Positions 9,916 to 20,933 of a DNA stretch of 64,000 bases are shown piece after piece. Numbering within the stretch: the first letter of the stretch is position 1; each line of letters opens with the position of its first letter. A model generated the notes under the pieces. That model had not been told where the DNA came from, ran no database searches, and worked only from the letters and a program-made list of their open reading frames with translations. A program made the translations under genes and the position numbers. The stretch spans positions 91,259-155,258 of the forward strand of contig OZ244918.1 of assembly GCA_965221865.1 (NCBI GenBank), written 5' to 3'. The DNA is from Candidatus Poriferisocius sp. (GTDB taxonomy: Bacteria; Actinomycetota; Acidimicrobiia; Acidimicrobiales; Bin134).

Positions 9916-10871
9916 ATGGGCATATTAGCGCTTACACGCTCAAATTGGCGATGCAACCAATGCCGTTGATCGGCGAGATATCGTGTAGATACCTCAGCAG
10001 GGCGGAACAAATGGGCTCCATGTGGTGCCCCTGGGTAAACGTGCAGTTCTGTGGGAACGCCTGCTTCGTAAAGCCGCATGGCGTAGATGATGGACTCATC
10101 GCGAAACCCGTCGGCACCTCCCACACACACATAAGCCTCTGGCAGGCCACTAAGATCATCAACTCTAGCTACAGCTGCTATGGGGGGCACATTATCGGTA
10201 CCGTAAAGATCGCCTAAATAGCACTTCCAACCAAAAGTGTTGGAAGCCTTAGACCAAATCAGCAAATTATCGAGTTGGCTAGAAGAGGTAATTTGTCGAT
10301 CGTCAAGCATCGGGCATTCCAAGAGCTGAAACTGTATTGGAATCTCACCCCTATCGCGTGCCAAAAGCGCTACGGCCGCGCATAAGCCGCCCCCAGCACT
10401 AGAGCCAGCTATGCCGATCTTGTTGGGGTCTATGCCTAGTTCTCTAGCATTGTTATAAATCCACTTCAGACCGCTATAACAATCTTCTAGTGGGCCGGGG
10501 TAAGAGGTTTCTGGGGCAAGACGGTACTCCACAGATACCCCTACTATTGCGAACTTCTTACACCAGCTATCAAACTTATGATCGTCCATGTCACAGCTTC
10601 CCACCACGTAACCGCCACCGTGAATGGAATACAAACAACCCAAACCAGATGCTGCGGTTTCTGTATCAAACCCTAGCGGTCGATGCACCCTAACGGTTAC
10701 TTGCGTGGTTTCATCCACCACATAGTCGGTGCGTTCCACTTCGTCGCTTAGCTTTTTCTTAATCATTGGCATCGTTCTGCGATATTCATGCAAAGATTCA
10801 AGAGTAAGTTCAGGAAAATGCATCCTTTTCGCAAGCTCGGCGATTTCGGGCAACAAACTCACCGTTGCCAT
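9912..10871 (-). CDS. Alpha/beta hydrolase, HSL-family esterase
   Basis: HGGG oxyanion motif, YRLAPE, GSSAGG nucleophile and C-terminal HG. Confidence 0.92.
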   Translation of the reverse strand: MATVSLLPEIAELAKRMHFPELTLESLHEYRRTMPMIKKKLSDEVERTDYVVDETTQVTVRVHRPLGFDTETAASGLGCLYSIHGGGYVVGSCDMDDHKFDSWCKKFAIVGVSVEYRLAPETSYPGPLEDCYSGLKWIYNNARELGIDPNKIGIAGSSAGGGLCAAVALLARDRGEIPIQFQLLECPMLDDRQITSSSQLDNLLIWSKASNTFGWKCYLGDLYGTDNVPPIAAVARVDDLSGLPEAYVCVGGADGFRDESIIYAMRLYEAGVPTELHVYPGAPHGAHLFRPAEVSTRYLADQRHWLHRQFERVSANMPI

Positions 10872-10938
10872 AACGGTTCCCTCCTTGATGTGTCAAACAT
10901 GTCCTGTGGCAGCGCAAAATATTTTATGGTGGCAAATC

Positions 10939-12378
10939 CTACTCGGTGCTACTAAGCCCCAAGGTTGCTGATGCTGCTAGCTCCACCAGGTTATCTGTCT
11001 CACAATCCATGGTTCCTACAGTTGCAGGATAACGCCGGATCCAACCACTTGTTGTAGGTGTGACCAGCATAAAACAAGGTGACGGGAGCCCTTCAGCAGG
11101 ATTGGTCAAGCCATGTAAACCTTGCCCATCCCATTCGGTGATTGTACGCGCAGCTTCAATTACCAACTCGCGTGTCAACCCGCCACCGCTTAGGAACCTC
11201 GCACGGTTCACCGCCTCCTCAAACAATAAAGCTGATGCCCAACTAGATAACCCCACTAAGTTCAGTTCAGCATCTGCGTCTACCTGTTCGCGCAGCGACA
11301 AAACGTAGCGAACCAACTCAACATTGTCACCTGCTTCTTCGAAAGGTAACAAGTTGATCGCCACCCACACATTTTGACCCAACTCCCCTACCTGTTCTGC
11401 CCACTTTTGGGAGTAACAGTTAGCCCCGCAATGAAAAAAAAACTCTGCGGTTGCTAAATCAGTTTCTAGATTGTCAACAACATCTTCAGCTTGTGCAGCA
11501 CTGCTAAGACGCTCCCAAGCTTCTAGGAGTTGCAGCATACGTTCGCCGTCTGCTGTCCAAGTAATAGCGCGCGCGCCAATGCGTTGCAGCTCTTGGGCTA
11601 GCTCATCATAATCTTGATCTACCGCATCAGCAGTAGCACGATATAAGTAGTTATAACCAGCACTAGTGCCGGCTTCAATTTCTCGCTGAGCCTGATAAAA
11701 AGCCACCGGCATGTCCACTACCACGGTTGCTACCGCACTTGCAGACTCTGCAAACAACTCGCTTAGGTGTTGAGCGGGGCCAGCGTTAGCAATGCTGTTG
11801 GATGTGGGATTAGACACAAAGGTCACCGCGGACTCTCGCCGGTCAGGATTTAGTGCAGCTGCTGGAAAATCAGGTAAACGACAAGACTCAGCGTTGAGTA
11901 AATCCACCCCATTGCCATCTTGCAGTGCATACGAACCGACTAAAGCAAAAATATCACTTTCACACGCTCTACTAACAGCATCTGCGTGGCTAAAAACATT
12001 GGAATCAAACAACACCACCTCTACATTGCGACCACCTAAACCGCCTCTTTCGTTAACCGACCCGGCCCATGCTTTCATCGCAAACCATGCAGCCTCGCTG
12101 CCAGCAGTTACCGCATTGTTGTCGGTTATATCGGCTATGACCCCGAGGCGCATCACCTCTTGACTTAGCCCTGGAGTTGCAGGCTTAGCTATCTTATTAG
12201 GAGGTATATCTGCACGCTCAACTGCGTTAGGCGTAGCAGTTACCAACTCTGGCGATGACACGACTGGGCCTTGCAGGTTGGGCTTTTGACAAGCCCCACC
12301 CAATAACAAAAAGCCGAGTGCCACCGCCAGAGCGGGTCGTAAACTTCGTGCAGTAGATTGCAAACTACGCGTTTGCAT
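10939..12378 (-). CDS. ABC transporter substrate-binding lipoprotein (branched-chain amino acid-binding fold)
   Basis: Lipobox LLGGAC, RLGVIAD and VNERGGLGGRNVEVVLFD; no permease genes adjacent. Confidence 0.8.
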   Translation of the reverse strand: MQTRSLQSTARSLRPALAVALGFLLLGGACQKPNLQGPVVSSPELVTATPNAVERADIPPNKIAKPATPGLSQEVMRLGVIADITDNNAVTAGSEAAWFAMKAWAGSVNERGGLGGRNVEVVLFDSNVFSHADAVSRACESDIFALVGSYALQDGNGVDLLNAESCRLPDFPAAALNPDRRESAVTFVSNPTSNSIANAGPAQHLSELFAESASAVATVVVDMPVAFYQAQREIEAGTSAGYNYLYRATADAVDQDYDELAQELQRIGARAITWTADGERMLQLLEAWERLSSAAQAEDVVDNLETDLATAEFFFHCGANCYSQKWAEQVGELGQNVWVAINLLPFEEAGDNVELVRYVLSLREQVDADAELNLVGLSSWASALLFEEAVNRARFLSGGGLTRELVIEAARTITEWDGQGLHGLTNPAEGLPSPCFMLVTPTTSGWIRRYPATVGTMDCETDNLVELAASATLGLSSTE

Positions 12379-12424
12379 TACTAGGTAAAAATAGCACTAA
12401 ATAAACATAGCACTACATGGGCAG

Positions 12425-13738
12425 TTAGCCCCTGGCTGCTGCGAAGCCTTGTTCTAAGTCGGCGATGATATCTTCCACCGTTTCCAAGCCAACAGACAGG
12501 CGTACTAACCCAGGGTGTACCCCCGTACTAATCTGTTCATGTTCTGTTAGCTGTGAGTGTGTGGTAGAAGCAGGATGAATAACCAAACTGCGCACGTCGC
12601 CAATGTTGGCTACATGGCTGTGCAAGGTAAGGCCGTTCACAAACTTCTCTCCAGCTTCCCTTCCACCTTTGATGTGAAACGCTGGAACCGAGCCATATCC
12701 CTTGCCGTGAGCATAACGGTTGATGCGTTCATGCCACGGGCTAGAAACCAGCCCGCCAAACTGAACCGATTCTACCTGCTGGTGGTTATCTAAGTACTCT
12801 GCCACAGTTTGGGCATTAGCCAGGTGCCTCTCCATGCGTAAGCTGAGCGTTTCTAGCCCTTGCAGAAAATAGAAAGCATTTTGAGGTGACACAGCCGCAC
12901 CAATATCACGCAACAGCTGCACGCGCGCCTTGATGATGTAGGAACCGTGTCCTAGTGCAGGCCAATAAGCTAAACCGTGGTAGCTAGGGTCGGGTTCTGT
13001 GAAGTTGGGGAAACGGCCGCTAGCCCCAAAATCAAAACTGCCCCCATCTATAATAACGCCACCAATGGAATTGCCGTGCCCACCAATGAACTTAGTCAAA
13101 GAATGCACCACAACGTCAGCGCCATGCGCTAAAGGTTGAATCAGATACGGTGAAGGAACTGTGTTGTCCACAAGTAGCGGAATACCCGCGCTATGGGCAA
13201 CGTTAGCCACACCCTCAATATCTAAACAATCGTTTTTCGGATTGCCGATGGTCTCTGCGTAAAACGCTTTTGTGTTATCCTGAACAGCGTTTTTCCAAGC
13301 ATCCAAGTCGTCAGGGTCTTCTATGAACGACACCGTTATGCCCAGCTTAGGTAAGGTGTAGTGAAACAGGTTATAAGTCCCCCCGTATAAGGCAGCAGAA
13401 GAAACTATGTGATCACCTGATTCGGCTAGATTCAAGATCGCCAATGTTTCTGCTGCTTGTCCTGATGACAAAACCAAAGCACCCGGTATGCCAATGGCTG
13501 TTTCCGTGCCACCTTCTAACGCAGAGAGACGAGCTTCTAACACCATCTGCGTGGGGTTCATGATGCGGGTATAAATGTGGCCCACTTCAGCTAACCCAAA
13601 CAGGGCCGCCGCATGTTCGGTGTCGCGGAACACATAGGAGGTGGTTTGATGAATAGGAACAGCACGCGACCCGGTAGTCGGATCTGGTTCTTGTCCTGCG
13701 TGGATTTGCTTGGTTTCAAATCCCCAGCTATCGCTCAC
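12425..13738 (-). CDS. metY: O-acetylhomoserine aminocarboxypropyltransferase/sulfhydrylase
   Basis: FETKQIHAG, YTRIMNPT, HSLTKFIGGHG and ANIGDVRSLVIHPASTTH. Confidence 0.93.
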   Translation of the reverse strand: MSDSWGFETKQIHAGQEPDPTTGSRAVPIHQTTSYVFRDTEHAAALFGLAEVGHIYTRIMNPTQMVLEARLSALEGGTETAIGIPGALVLSSGQAAETLAILNLAESGDHIVSSAALYGGTYNLFHYTLPKLGITVSFIEDPDDLDAWKNAVQDNTKAFYAETIGNPKNDCLDIEGVANVAHSAGIPLLVDNTVPSPYLIQPLAHGADVVVHSLTKFIGGHGNSIGGVIIDGGSFDFGASGRFPNFTEPDPSYHGLAYWPALGHGSYIIKARVQLLRDIGAAVSPQNAFYFLQGLETLSLRMERHLANAQTVAEYLDNHQQVESVQFGGLVSSPWHERINRYAHGKGYGSVPAFHIKGGREAGEKFVNGLTLHSHVANIGDVRSLVIHPASTTHSQLTEHEQISTGVHPGLVRLSVGLETVEDIIADLEQGFAAARG

Positions 13739-13812
13739 TTGTACTACCTACTTTCGTTTGTTGGTCTAGAAATTGCAACCGTAGCAACAAGCAATTAAGC
13801 CTTGCAAAAGAA

Positions 13813-14844
13813 TTAATTTTGCCCACCAGAAACTGCTTGTACGCTTTGCCGACCCTCAGAAATCCACGGCATCATGGAACGCAGTTCAGCGCCGATATGT
13901 TCAATAAGATGTTTTTGGCCGGCAGCTTCCATAGCCAAAAAGTTGGCACGCCCGCTACGACTTTCAGCCATCCACTCGGTAGCGAATGCTCCGCTTTGAA
14001 TCTCGCCAAGAATCTTCTTCATCTCAGCGCGGGTAGCAGCATCAATAATGCGGTCACCACGGCTCAAGTCTCCATATTCGGCCGTATCAGAGATGGAATA
14101 ACGCATACCACCAATGCCTTCTTCGTACATAAGATCCACGATCAGCTTTAGCTCATGTAAGCATTCAAAGTAGGCCACCTCAGGCTGATAACCGGCTTCG
14201 CATAAAGTTTCAAACCCAGCGGTCACTAAAGAAGTGAGACCACCACAAAGCACAACCTGTTCGCCAAATAAATCAGTTTCGGTTTCCTCTGCAAAAGTAG
14301 TTTCTATTACCCCTGCACGCGCCCCTCCGATAGCATCAGCGTAAGCCAACGCTAAAGCAGCAGCATGACCTGATGCGTCTTGATCAACCGCTATCAAACA
14401 AGGCACTCCACCGCCTTCAACATAAGTGCGTCTCACTAAATGGCCAGGGCCTTTCGGAGCTACCATAGCCACATCCACTGCTTCGGGGGCAGTAATAAAC
14501 CCAAACCGCACATTAAAACCGTGTGCAAAAAACAGTGCATCGCCCGCTTGCATATGCGGTTCCACATAAGTTGTATAAATATCAGCTTGTTCGGTGTCGG
14601 GTAACAACATCATGATCAGATCGGCTTCAGCGCAAGCTTCGTCCAATACCAGCACTCGCAAGCCAGCTTCGGTAGCTTTAGCAGCAGATGCAGAACCCGC
14701 GCGTAGCCCTACCCGCACATCAATGCCTGACTCTTTAAGGTTTAAAGCGTGAGCGTGACCTTGTGAGCCGTAACCCAAGATTGCTACTTTGCGATTCGCT
14801 ATCTTTGAGCGGTCTGCATCTTTTTCATACAACACGGTTGCCAT
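13813..14844 (-). CDS. ilvC: Ketol-acid reductoisomerase
   Basis: [22 protein letters not shown] and [11 protein letters not shown]. Confidence 0.97.
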   Translation of the reverse strand: MATVLYEKDADRSKIANRKVAILGYGSQGHAHALNLKESGIDVRVGLRAGSASAAKATEAGLRVLVLDEACAEADLIMMLLPDTEQADIYTTYVEPHMQAGDALFFAHGFNVRFGFITAPEAVDVAMVAPKGPGHLVRRTYVEGGGVPCLIAVDQDASGHAAALALAYADAIGGARAGVIETTFAEETETDLFGEQVVLCGGLTSLVTAGFETLCEAGYQPEVAYFECLHELKLIVDLMYEEGIGGMRYSISDTAEYGDLSRGDRIIDAATRAEMKKILGEIQSGAFATEWMAESRSGRANFLAMEAAGQKHLIEHIGAELRSMMPWISEGRQSVQAVSGGQN

Positions 14845-14891
14845 CAGTTATCCTTTTGTTAGTGACGGTTTTCTAGTAATTACAAGAAAGA

Positions 14892-15425
14892 TTAAGCAGA
14901 CGTTTTGAGTGTAGTTTTAGCAAGCTTAGGCAGTGCTACCTTGCCAGTACGCTGTACATCGACAATCCCATAAGGTCGCAACAGGTCTTCAAAATCATCC
15001 ACTCTGCTCAACGAACCTGTGAGAGACACCATTATCTCATTGTGCCCCACATTAAGCACTGTTGCCTGAAAAATCCTGACCAAATCTAAGATTTGCCCTC
15101 GAATTGCAGGATCGGCGCGCACAGTAGCCATCATCAACTCTCGTTCTACACTAAACGACGGGTTCAACTCTTGAATCTCCACCACGTTGACTAGCTTGTC
15201 TAGTTGCTTGACCACCTGTTCCATAGGTGCAGAGCTAACCCCTACAACAATGGTCAAACGGCTAAAAAGTTCATCATCTGTGGGTGCCACCGCTAAAGAC
15301 TCAATGTTAAAACCTCGTCTAGCAAACAGCCCAGCGACGCGCGCCAACACACCCGCTTTGTTCTCAACATGCACTACTAATGTTGTAGTTTCAACGCCCC
15401 TGTGACGGCTTACGCGACTGCTCAT
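14892..15425 (-). CDS. ilvN: Acetolactate synthase small subunit
   Basis: VENKAGVLARVAGLFARRGFNIESL ACT domain; overlaps the ilvB stop. Confidence 0.95.
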   Translation of the reverse strand: MSSRVSRHRGVETTTLVVHVENKAGVLARVAGLFARRGFNIESLAVAPTDDELFSRLTIVVGVSSAPMEQVVKQLDKLVNVVEIQELNPSFSVERELMMATVRADPAIRGQILDLVRIFQATVLNVGHNEIMVSLTGSLSRVDDFEDLLRPYGIVDVQRTGKVALPKLAKTTLKTSA

Positions 15426-17161
15426 CGCACTAAATGCTGTTGCGAAGGGTCTACTACAACCTGACTATTTGTCATACCTGATGGGACCATTGGAAACACA
15501 TTCTCTTCTGCTTCACAACGAAACTCCACCACAACAGGTCTGTCGTTTATCTCATTAGCCTGCTCAATAGCTGGCTGCACTTCTTCAGACGATTCCACCC
15601 GAATGCCCACGCAACCCAAAGCCTCAGCCCACTTCTTGTAATCAGGAACATCACGATCCAAATACACCTCAGAGTAACGCTCTTCGTAAAACATCTCTTG
15701 CCATTGTCGTACCATCCCCAAATAAGCATTGTTCATCAACGCCACTTTGATGGGAAAACCTTCAGAGGTAGCAGTAACGAGTTCTTGTGCAGTCATCTGA
15801 AAACACCCGTCACCATCTACTGCCCAGACCATGCGCTCAGGGCAACCAGCTTTAGCACCAATAGCGGCTGGAATCGCAAATCCCATGGTACCCAGCCCGC
15901 CAGAGTTAACCCAGGTGTAAGGGTGATTGAACTTCCAATACTGGCTAGTCCACATCTGATGCTGCCCAACGCCAGAAGCGACAATGGTGTCATCAGGAGT
16001 GGCAGCGTTTAGCTGCTCTAACACGTATTGCATTTTTAGCAACTCACCAGGTTTAGATGGCTCATAGGTTAAAGGAAAACGTTCTTGCCATCCGCTGATC
16101 TGCGAACGCCACAAGCTCCGGTCAGGCTGGGTTTCAACGCCGCCGTCAGCTTTGAGTACCTTCAGCAAGTCCTCAATCACCAAGCGACAGTCACCTTGGA
16201 TGGCCACATCGGGTTGGCGCACTTTACCCAGCTCGGCGCTGTCGATGTCTACATGAATAATCTTGGCTAGCGGCGCAAAACCGTCCACTTTGCCGGTTAC
16301 GCGATCGTCAAAACGTGCTCCAAGTGCTATTAGTAAGTCCGCTTCTTGCATGGCGGTTACAGCTGTGTAATTGCCATGCATACCAGGCATACCCAAACAC
16401 AGTGGGTGCTCATCGGGAAACCCACCACGATTCATTAGGGTGGTCACAACATGAATGCCGGTAAGTTCTGCTAGCTCACGCAAGACCTCTGCTGCCCGAG
16501 CTTTGAGTATGCCCCCGCCGGTGTAAAGCACAGGACGCTCTGCAGCACAGATCAACTTTGCAGCTTGGCTAATCTGGGTTGGATCGCCGCGCAGATTAGG
16601 GCGATACCCTGGCAAGTCATGACTGTTAGGCGTATACCAATCCAGCGCTGAACGCGGGTTATTGGGATCCACAATATCTTTAGGAATATCTACTAACACA
16701 GGGCCAGGTCTACCGCTTGTAGCAATGTGAAAAGCATCATGGATTATCTGCGGAATATCGGCAGCTTCTGTTACCAAATAGTTGTGCTTGGTAACGGCCA
16801 TTGTGATGCCAGTGGTGTCGCATTCTTGAAAAGCATCGGTTCCTATAGACGCATAAGGAACCTGCCCTGTGATTACAACCATAGGTATGGAGTCCATGTA
16901 GGCGTCACATAGTGGAGTCACGATGTTAGTAGCAGCTGGACCAGATGTGACCAGCGCCACTCCAGGCCGCCCTGTAGCATGTGCGTAACCTTCGGCCATG
17001 TGACCTGCGCCTTGTTCATGGCGTACCAGCACATGGCGTATAGAGGAATCTAACAACGGGTCGTACACCGGCAAAATGGCGCCACCAGGCAGCCCAAACA
17101 AAATATCCACTCCCTCGTTTTCGAGAGCTTTCATTAGGGCTTGTCCGCCGTTCATCTGCAT
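15422..17161 (-). CDS. ilvB: Acetolactate synthase large subunit
   Basis: RHEQGAGH, TSGPAATN, SGGLGTMG and GDGCFQM ThDP motif. Confidence 0.96.
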   Translation of the reverse strand: MQMNGGQALMKALENEGVDILFGLPGGAILPVYDPLLDSSIRHVLVRHEQGAGHMAEGYAHATGRPGVALVTSGPAATNIVTPLCDAYMDSIPMVVITGQVPYASIGTDAFQECDTTGITMAVTKHNYLVTEAADIPQIIHDAFHIATSGRPGPVLVDIPKDIVDPNNPRSALDWYTPNSHDLPGYRPNLRGDPTQISQAAKLICAAERPVLYTGGGILKARAAEVLRELAELTGIHVVTTLMNRGGFPDEHPLCLGMPGMHGNYTAVTAMQEADLLIALGARFDDRVTGKVDGFAPLAKIIHVDIDSAELGKVRQPDVAIQGDCRLVIEDLLKVLKADGGVETQPDRSLWRSQISGWQERFPLTYEPSKPGELLKMQYVLEQLNAATPDDTIVASGVGQHQMWTSQYWKFNHPYTWVNSGGLGTMGFAIPAAIGAKAGCPERMVWAVDGDGCFQMTAQELVTATSEGFPIKVALMNNAYLGMVRQWQEMFYEERYSEVYLDRDVPDYKKWAEALGCVGIRVESSEEVQPAIEQANEINDRPVVVEFRCEAEENVFPMVPSGMTNSQVVVDPSQQHLVR

Positions 17162-17177
17162 TTTGGCTCGACCTTCA

Positions 17178-18854
17178 TTAAGCCTCAGTTACGGCGCCTT
17201 TATCGGCACCTTGTGCTAAACGAGCGTACTTGGCCAACACACCCGTGGTATAACGGGGCAGCGGTGGTTTCCAGTTAGCTTTACGGTCTGTCATTTCTGC
17301 TGCGCTAACCAAAAGATCAATTGAATGGTCTCTAACGTTGATACGAATCTGATCGCCCTCTGCTACAAAAGCAATCGGACCGCCATCAGTAGCTTCTGGC
17401 GCTACATGGCCGATGCAAAATCCATGAGTGCCCCCAGAAAAACGCCCGTCAGTTATCAAAGCAGCATCTGCGCCTCGACCTGCTCCTTTCATAGCACCGG
17501 TTATCGCTAACATCTCTCTCATGCCGGGGCCGCCTTTAGGTCCTTCGTAGCGAATAACCACAACATCGCCCGGCGCTATTTGGCCTGCTAGCACAGCTGT
17601 CATGGCATCGTCTTCGCCGTCAAACACTCTGGCGGTGCCTTCAAATTGCTCAAAATCTAGTCCTGCTACCTTCACAACCGCGCCTTTGGGTGCTAAAGAG
17701 CCGGCAAGCACAGCAATGCCGCCTATGTCATGGATAGGATTACTGAAATGATGCACCACCTCACCGTCTGCGGCAGGTGGGTCTAGCAATGCCAGATTTT
17801 CAGACATGGTCTTACCTGTAACGGTGATCTCATCACCATGCAACAACCCCGCATCCAAAAGAATCTGTAACACTACAGGAATACCGCCAATGCGGTCTAT
17901 GTCCACCATGTGGTAGCGCCCGTGAGGTTTAGTATCAACAAGATGTGGAACCCGGGCGGCAACTTTGTTGAAGTCTTCTAGCAATAGCTCCACTTGGGCT
18001 TCATAAGCAATAGCCAAAAGATGTAGCACCGCGTTAGTGGAGCCGCCTAGTGCCATAGTGACAGCAATGGCGTTTTCAAAAGCTGCCTTCGTCATGATCG
18101 TGCGTGCGCTCATGTTGTTGCGTAACAAGTTGATTACTGCTTTACCGCTTCGGTAGCTGTAATCATCACGGCGCCGGTCAACTGCTGCAGCAGAGGCGCT
18201 GCCGGGCAGCGACATGCCCAACGCTTCGCCTATCGCAGCCATTGTGTTAGCGGTAAACATGCCTGCACATGAACCCTCTGTAGGACAAGCATTGCGCTCT
18301 ATGGCATCTAGTTGGGCATCGGTGATGTTGCCAACTGCATGCGCTCCAACCGCTTCAAACACGCTTACGATATCCAAAACCTCACCATTGTGTTGCCCAG
18401 GCAGAATGGATCCCCCATAAACAAACACAGACGGCAAGTTGAGGCGTGCCGCGGCCATCAGCATCCCTGGAAGCGATTTATCGCAGCCAGCAAAACTGAC
18501 AAACGCATCTAAGCGCTCGGCATGCATGACAGCTTCTATTGAATCAGCAATTATCTCACGACTAACCAAAGAGGCCCGCATGCCCTCATGTCCCATAGAA
18601 ATGCCATCAGAAACGGCAATGGTATTGAACTCGATGGGAAAACCGCCGGCATCGCGCACACCTTGTTTGGCACGCTTTGCTAGTCGATTTAGGGGCAAAT
18701 TGCATGGTGTCACCTCGTTCCAAGAAGAAGCGACACCCACTTGAGGCTTATCCCAATCCTCGTCTGTCATGCCCACTGCCCGCAACATGGCCCGAGCTGG
18801 TGCTCGAGCCGCACCAGAAGTCACCTCATGCGACCGCAGCTTCATGTCAGCCAT
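17178..18854 (-). CDS. ilvD: Dihydroxy-acid dehydratase
   Basis: [32 protein letters not shown] and TDGRFSG. Confidence 0.97.
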   Translation of the reverse strand: MADMKLRSHEVTSGAARAPARAMLRAVGMTDEDWDKPQVGVASSWNEVTPCNLPLNRLAKRAKQGVRDAGGFPIEFNTIAVSDGISMGHEGMRASLVSREIIADSIEAVMHAERLDAFVSFAGCDKSLPGMLMAAARLNLPSVFVYGGSILPGQHNGEVLDIVSVFEAVGAHAVGNITDAQLDAIERNACPTEGSCAGMFTANTMAAIGEALGMSLPGSASAAAVDRRRDDYSYRSGKAVINLLRNNMSARTIMTKAAFENAIAVTMALGGSTNAVLHLLAIAYEAQVELLLEDFNKVAARVPHLVDTKPHGRYHMVDIDRIGGIPVVLQILLDAGLLHGDEITVTGKTMSENLALLDPPAADGEVVHHFSNPIHDIGGIAVLAGSLAPKGAVVKVAGLDFEQFEGTARVFDGEDDAMTAVLAGQIAPGDVVVIRYEGPKGGPGMREMLAITGAMKGAGRGADAALITDGRFSGGTHGFCIGHVAPEATDGGPIAFVAEGDQIRINVRDHSIDLLVSAAEMTDRKANWKPPLPRYTTGVLAKYARLAQGADKGAVTEA

Positions 18855-18902
18855 GTAGTTAAGTTTACCTGCACCCTAAACAAAATCTGAAAGCTAGCGA
18901 AG

Positions 18903-20441
18903 CTAGCTTTGAACAACGTTACCAAGTTTATAAATGCGTACTGTCTGATCTGTGGGTTCAACCAAAAAATCAACACGCTCAAACCCTCTACGTCGCAAAT
19001 CTAAATCGAAGCTCTCAACATCTAAAGAACTCCATTGGGGGGCAGATTCTGTGTCAAACACAATCCACTCAACCGCAGTCGTAGCGGCTATAGCAGTAGC
19101 ACTGGGGCTATCTAATGCTTGCAGCTCATAGAGCCTTGTACGATCTGACAGCAAAGGTAGAACTTGTTCAGAAGCTCTCACGGAAGCTTCAACAGGGATC
19201 ATATTAGCAGCATCATGCCTAGCAACATCTAAGGTATCTTGTTGACCCCAAGCCCAGGGCTGCTCATATAATGAACTAGGGGCATCTCGTAAAAAGAATA
19301 AGCTAGCTGTGAGAACCAATGCGGTAAGCAAGCGGCGATCTACGTTGACACGCTCCACTAGCACCCGTCCTGATCGGGCTAGAGCAAACACTACAGATAC
19401 AAACACAAACGGCAGCATCGGCACGGTTTGCGATACTTCGGCGGCTTGCCCATTTGGCACATCGGCTACTAAGTAGACAGCAAATAGAGGTAGAACCACC
19501 AGCAAATATCGTGGTGCTACTAAAGGTAAAAGCATCACCGGTGCCAACAAAAACACAATCATCTCAAAGTTGGCCTGCGAGAAGGCGTCAGCTAAAACTT
19601 GGTGAGGCGCTGAAATAAACCCCCATAAAACCGATCCAGGGTTACCCTCACCAAAATCTGCAAATGCTTCCATGTGAGGAAAGCTGCCAGCGTTGAAACG
19701 CGGTTGGATAACCGTTAGCGCCAACAAACCGTAAGCAGCTGCTACTACAGATATAGCCGCTCCTTGGCGTCTTTGCCCTTGCATGCACAACAACACCCCC
19801 AAGCCTGCAAACGCAAAAGCTAAATCGGAGCGACATAGCACCACTACTAAAGCCATGGTGCAAAAGAGCTTCCAACGTTGTTTCAAACACCACAACAGAG
19901 CCGCAAATAAAGCTGGAACAGCTAAAGCTTCAGGGTGAAAATCGGCGAGATTTAGTGTATGCACGGCTGGGTAAATGCAGTAAGCCAACACCACGGCGGT
20001 GGCTCCACCTGTTTTTAGGCACCCCACATCGCGCGCCAACCGCCACAAAGGAACCACAGCTAAACCCAGTGCTGAAGCCTGCAAGATCAACAAGGTGGGC
20101 TGCACTGGAAACAATGCAGTGAGCAAAGATAGCGGATACAAAATAAATGCCGCTTGTTCCCATAGCAGGTTGTGTCCCGCAACGCTAGAGAGAGGTTCAA
20201 AGCCTTCACCAATAAGCCAGAGCCCCTGAAGATAGCTAGACAACTCTAAACCAGCATCTAGTTGGCGGGCACGGGCTAACGAGAGACTTCCTAAAAGTCC
20301 TCCCAACAGCAATGCCACAACCCAGGGAATGGTTTGATCAAGCTGTTTTGTGTCAAAGCGAGCCTGCCAACGCAGTGAGGTTATCTCCATACGCCGGCGT
20401 AATTGCGACAGCTTGGCAGTCACGCTTACATTGCTAGTCAC
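18903..20441 (-). CDS. DUF2079-like multi-pass membrane protein
   Basis: Many TM helices with LLILQASALGLAVVPLW and DFHPEALAVP motifs. Confidence 0.75.
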   Translation of the reverse strand: MTSNVSVTAKLSQLRRRMEITSLRWQARFDTKQLDQTIPWVVALLLGGLLGSLSLARARQLDAGLELSSYLQGLWLIGEGFEPLSSVAGHNLLWEQAAFILYPLSLLTALFPVQPTLLILQASALGLAVVPLWRLARDVGCLKTGGATAVVLAYCIYPAVHTLNLADFHPEALAVPALFAALLWCLKQRWKLFCTMALVVVLCRSDLAFAFAGLGVLLCMQGQRRQGAAISVVAAAYGLLALTVIQPRFNAGSFPHMEAFADFGEGNPGSVLWGFISAPHQVLADAFSQANFEMIVFLLAPVMLLPLVAPRYLLVVLPLFAVYLVADVPNGQAAEVSQTVPMLPFVFVSVVFALARSGRVLVERVNVDRRLLTALVLTASLFFLRDAPSSLYEQPWAWGQQDTLDVARHDAANMIPVEASVRASEQVLPLLSDRTRLYELQALDSPSATAIAATTAVEWIVFDTESAPQWSSLDVESFDLDLRRRGFERVDFLVEPTDQTVRIYKLGNVVQS

Positions 20442-20592
20442 TGGATTTTGCCATGATGTTGGCTAACCTTCACTGCTCGCTGCACAAGCAACCCTGCTGC
20501 AAAAGGTTGGTGAGAAAAAAAACACATAAAATAGACTACTAAACCTCACTAGCACTCCAACTATGATCTATAACAAGTGGGCGTACCGCCTG

Positions 20593-20670
20593 CGGGCTGT
20601 GGCGCAGCTTGGTTAGCGCGTCGGTCTGGGGGACCGAAGGTCCCGGGTTCAAATCCCGGCAGCCCGACCA
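20593..20670 (+). tRNA. tRNA-Pro(GGG)
   Basis: CGGGCTG/CAGCCCG acceptor stem, TCGGT-CTGGGGG-ACCGA anticodon arm, GGTTCAAATCC T-arm and encoded CCA. Confidence 0.97.
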
Positions 20671-20692
20671 AATCTGGTTGACTACACAAAAG

Positions 20693-20908
20693 CTAAAACA
20701 AAAGTGCTATGCCGCCGATAGCACGCCAAGCTAAATAAACAACCGCAGCAGCTAAAAACAGCCAAAAATGCCATGGAGCGCCGGGTTGTTTGGCATCAGA
20801 GCGTTGCGGTTCGGGGTTATCCAAAACAGCTCCACAGCGCGGGCATTCACCGTCTAGCGTGAGAGTGCCAGGATTCCAGAATCGTTCGCACGGGTCACAC
20901 CAAGGCAT
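20693..20908 (-). CDS. Small zinc-ribbon protein with C-terminal TM helix
   Basis: MPWCDPC..ECPRCG plus PWHFWLFLAAAVVYLAWR; lies just downstream of the PP2C gene on the same strand. Confidence 0.75.
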   Translation of the reverse strand: MPWCDPCERFWNPGTLTLDGECPRCGAVLDNPEPQRSDAKQPGAPWHFWLFLAAAVVYLAWRAIGGIALLF

Positions 20909-20933
20909 TTTAGTTAACTCGTTGTCACAGCCT

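Noticed and set aside
13739-13812. SAM riboswitch expected upstream of metY
   Set aside because: The gap is only 74 bp and shows no recognisable SAM-I/SAM-IV core.
18855-18902. Leader-peptide attenuator before the ilv operon
   Set aside because: No Ile/Leu/Val-rich mini-ORF or terminator; a -10 box sits 7 nt from the ATG.
20510-20525. GTGAGAAAAAA resembling the left arm of the fic-flanking palindrome
   Set aside because: It is a half-site only, mostly a poly-A run, with no inverted partner.
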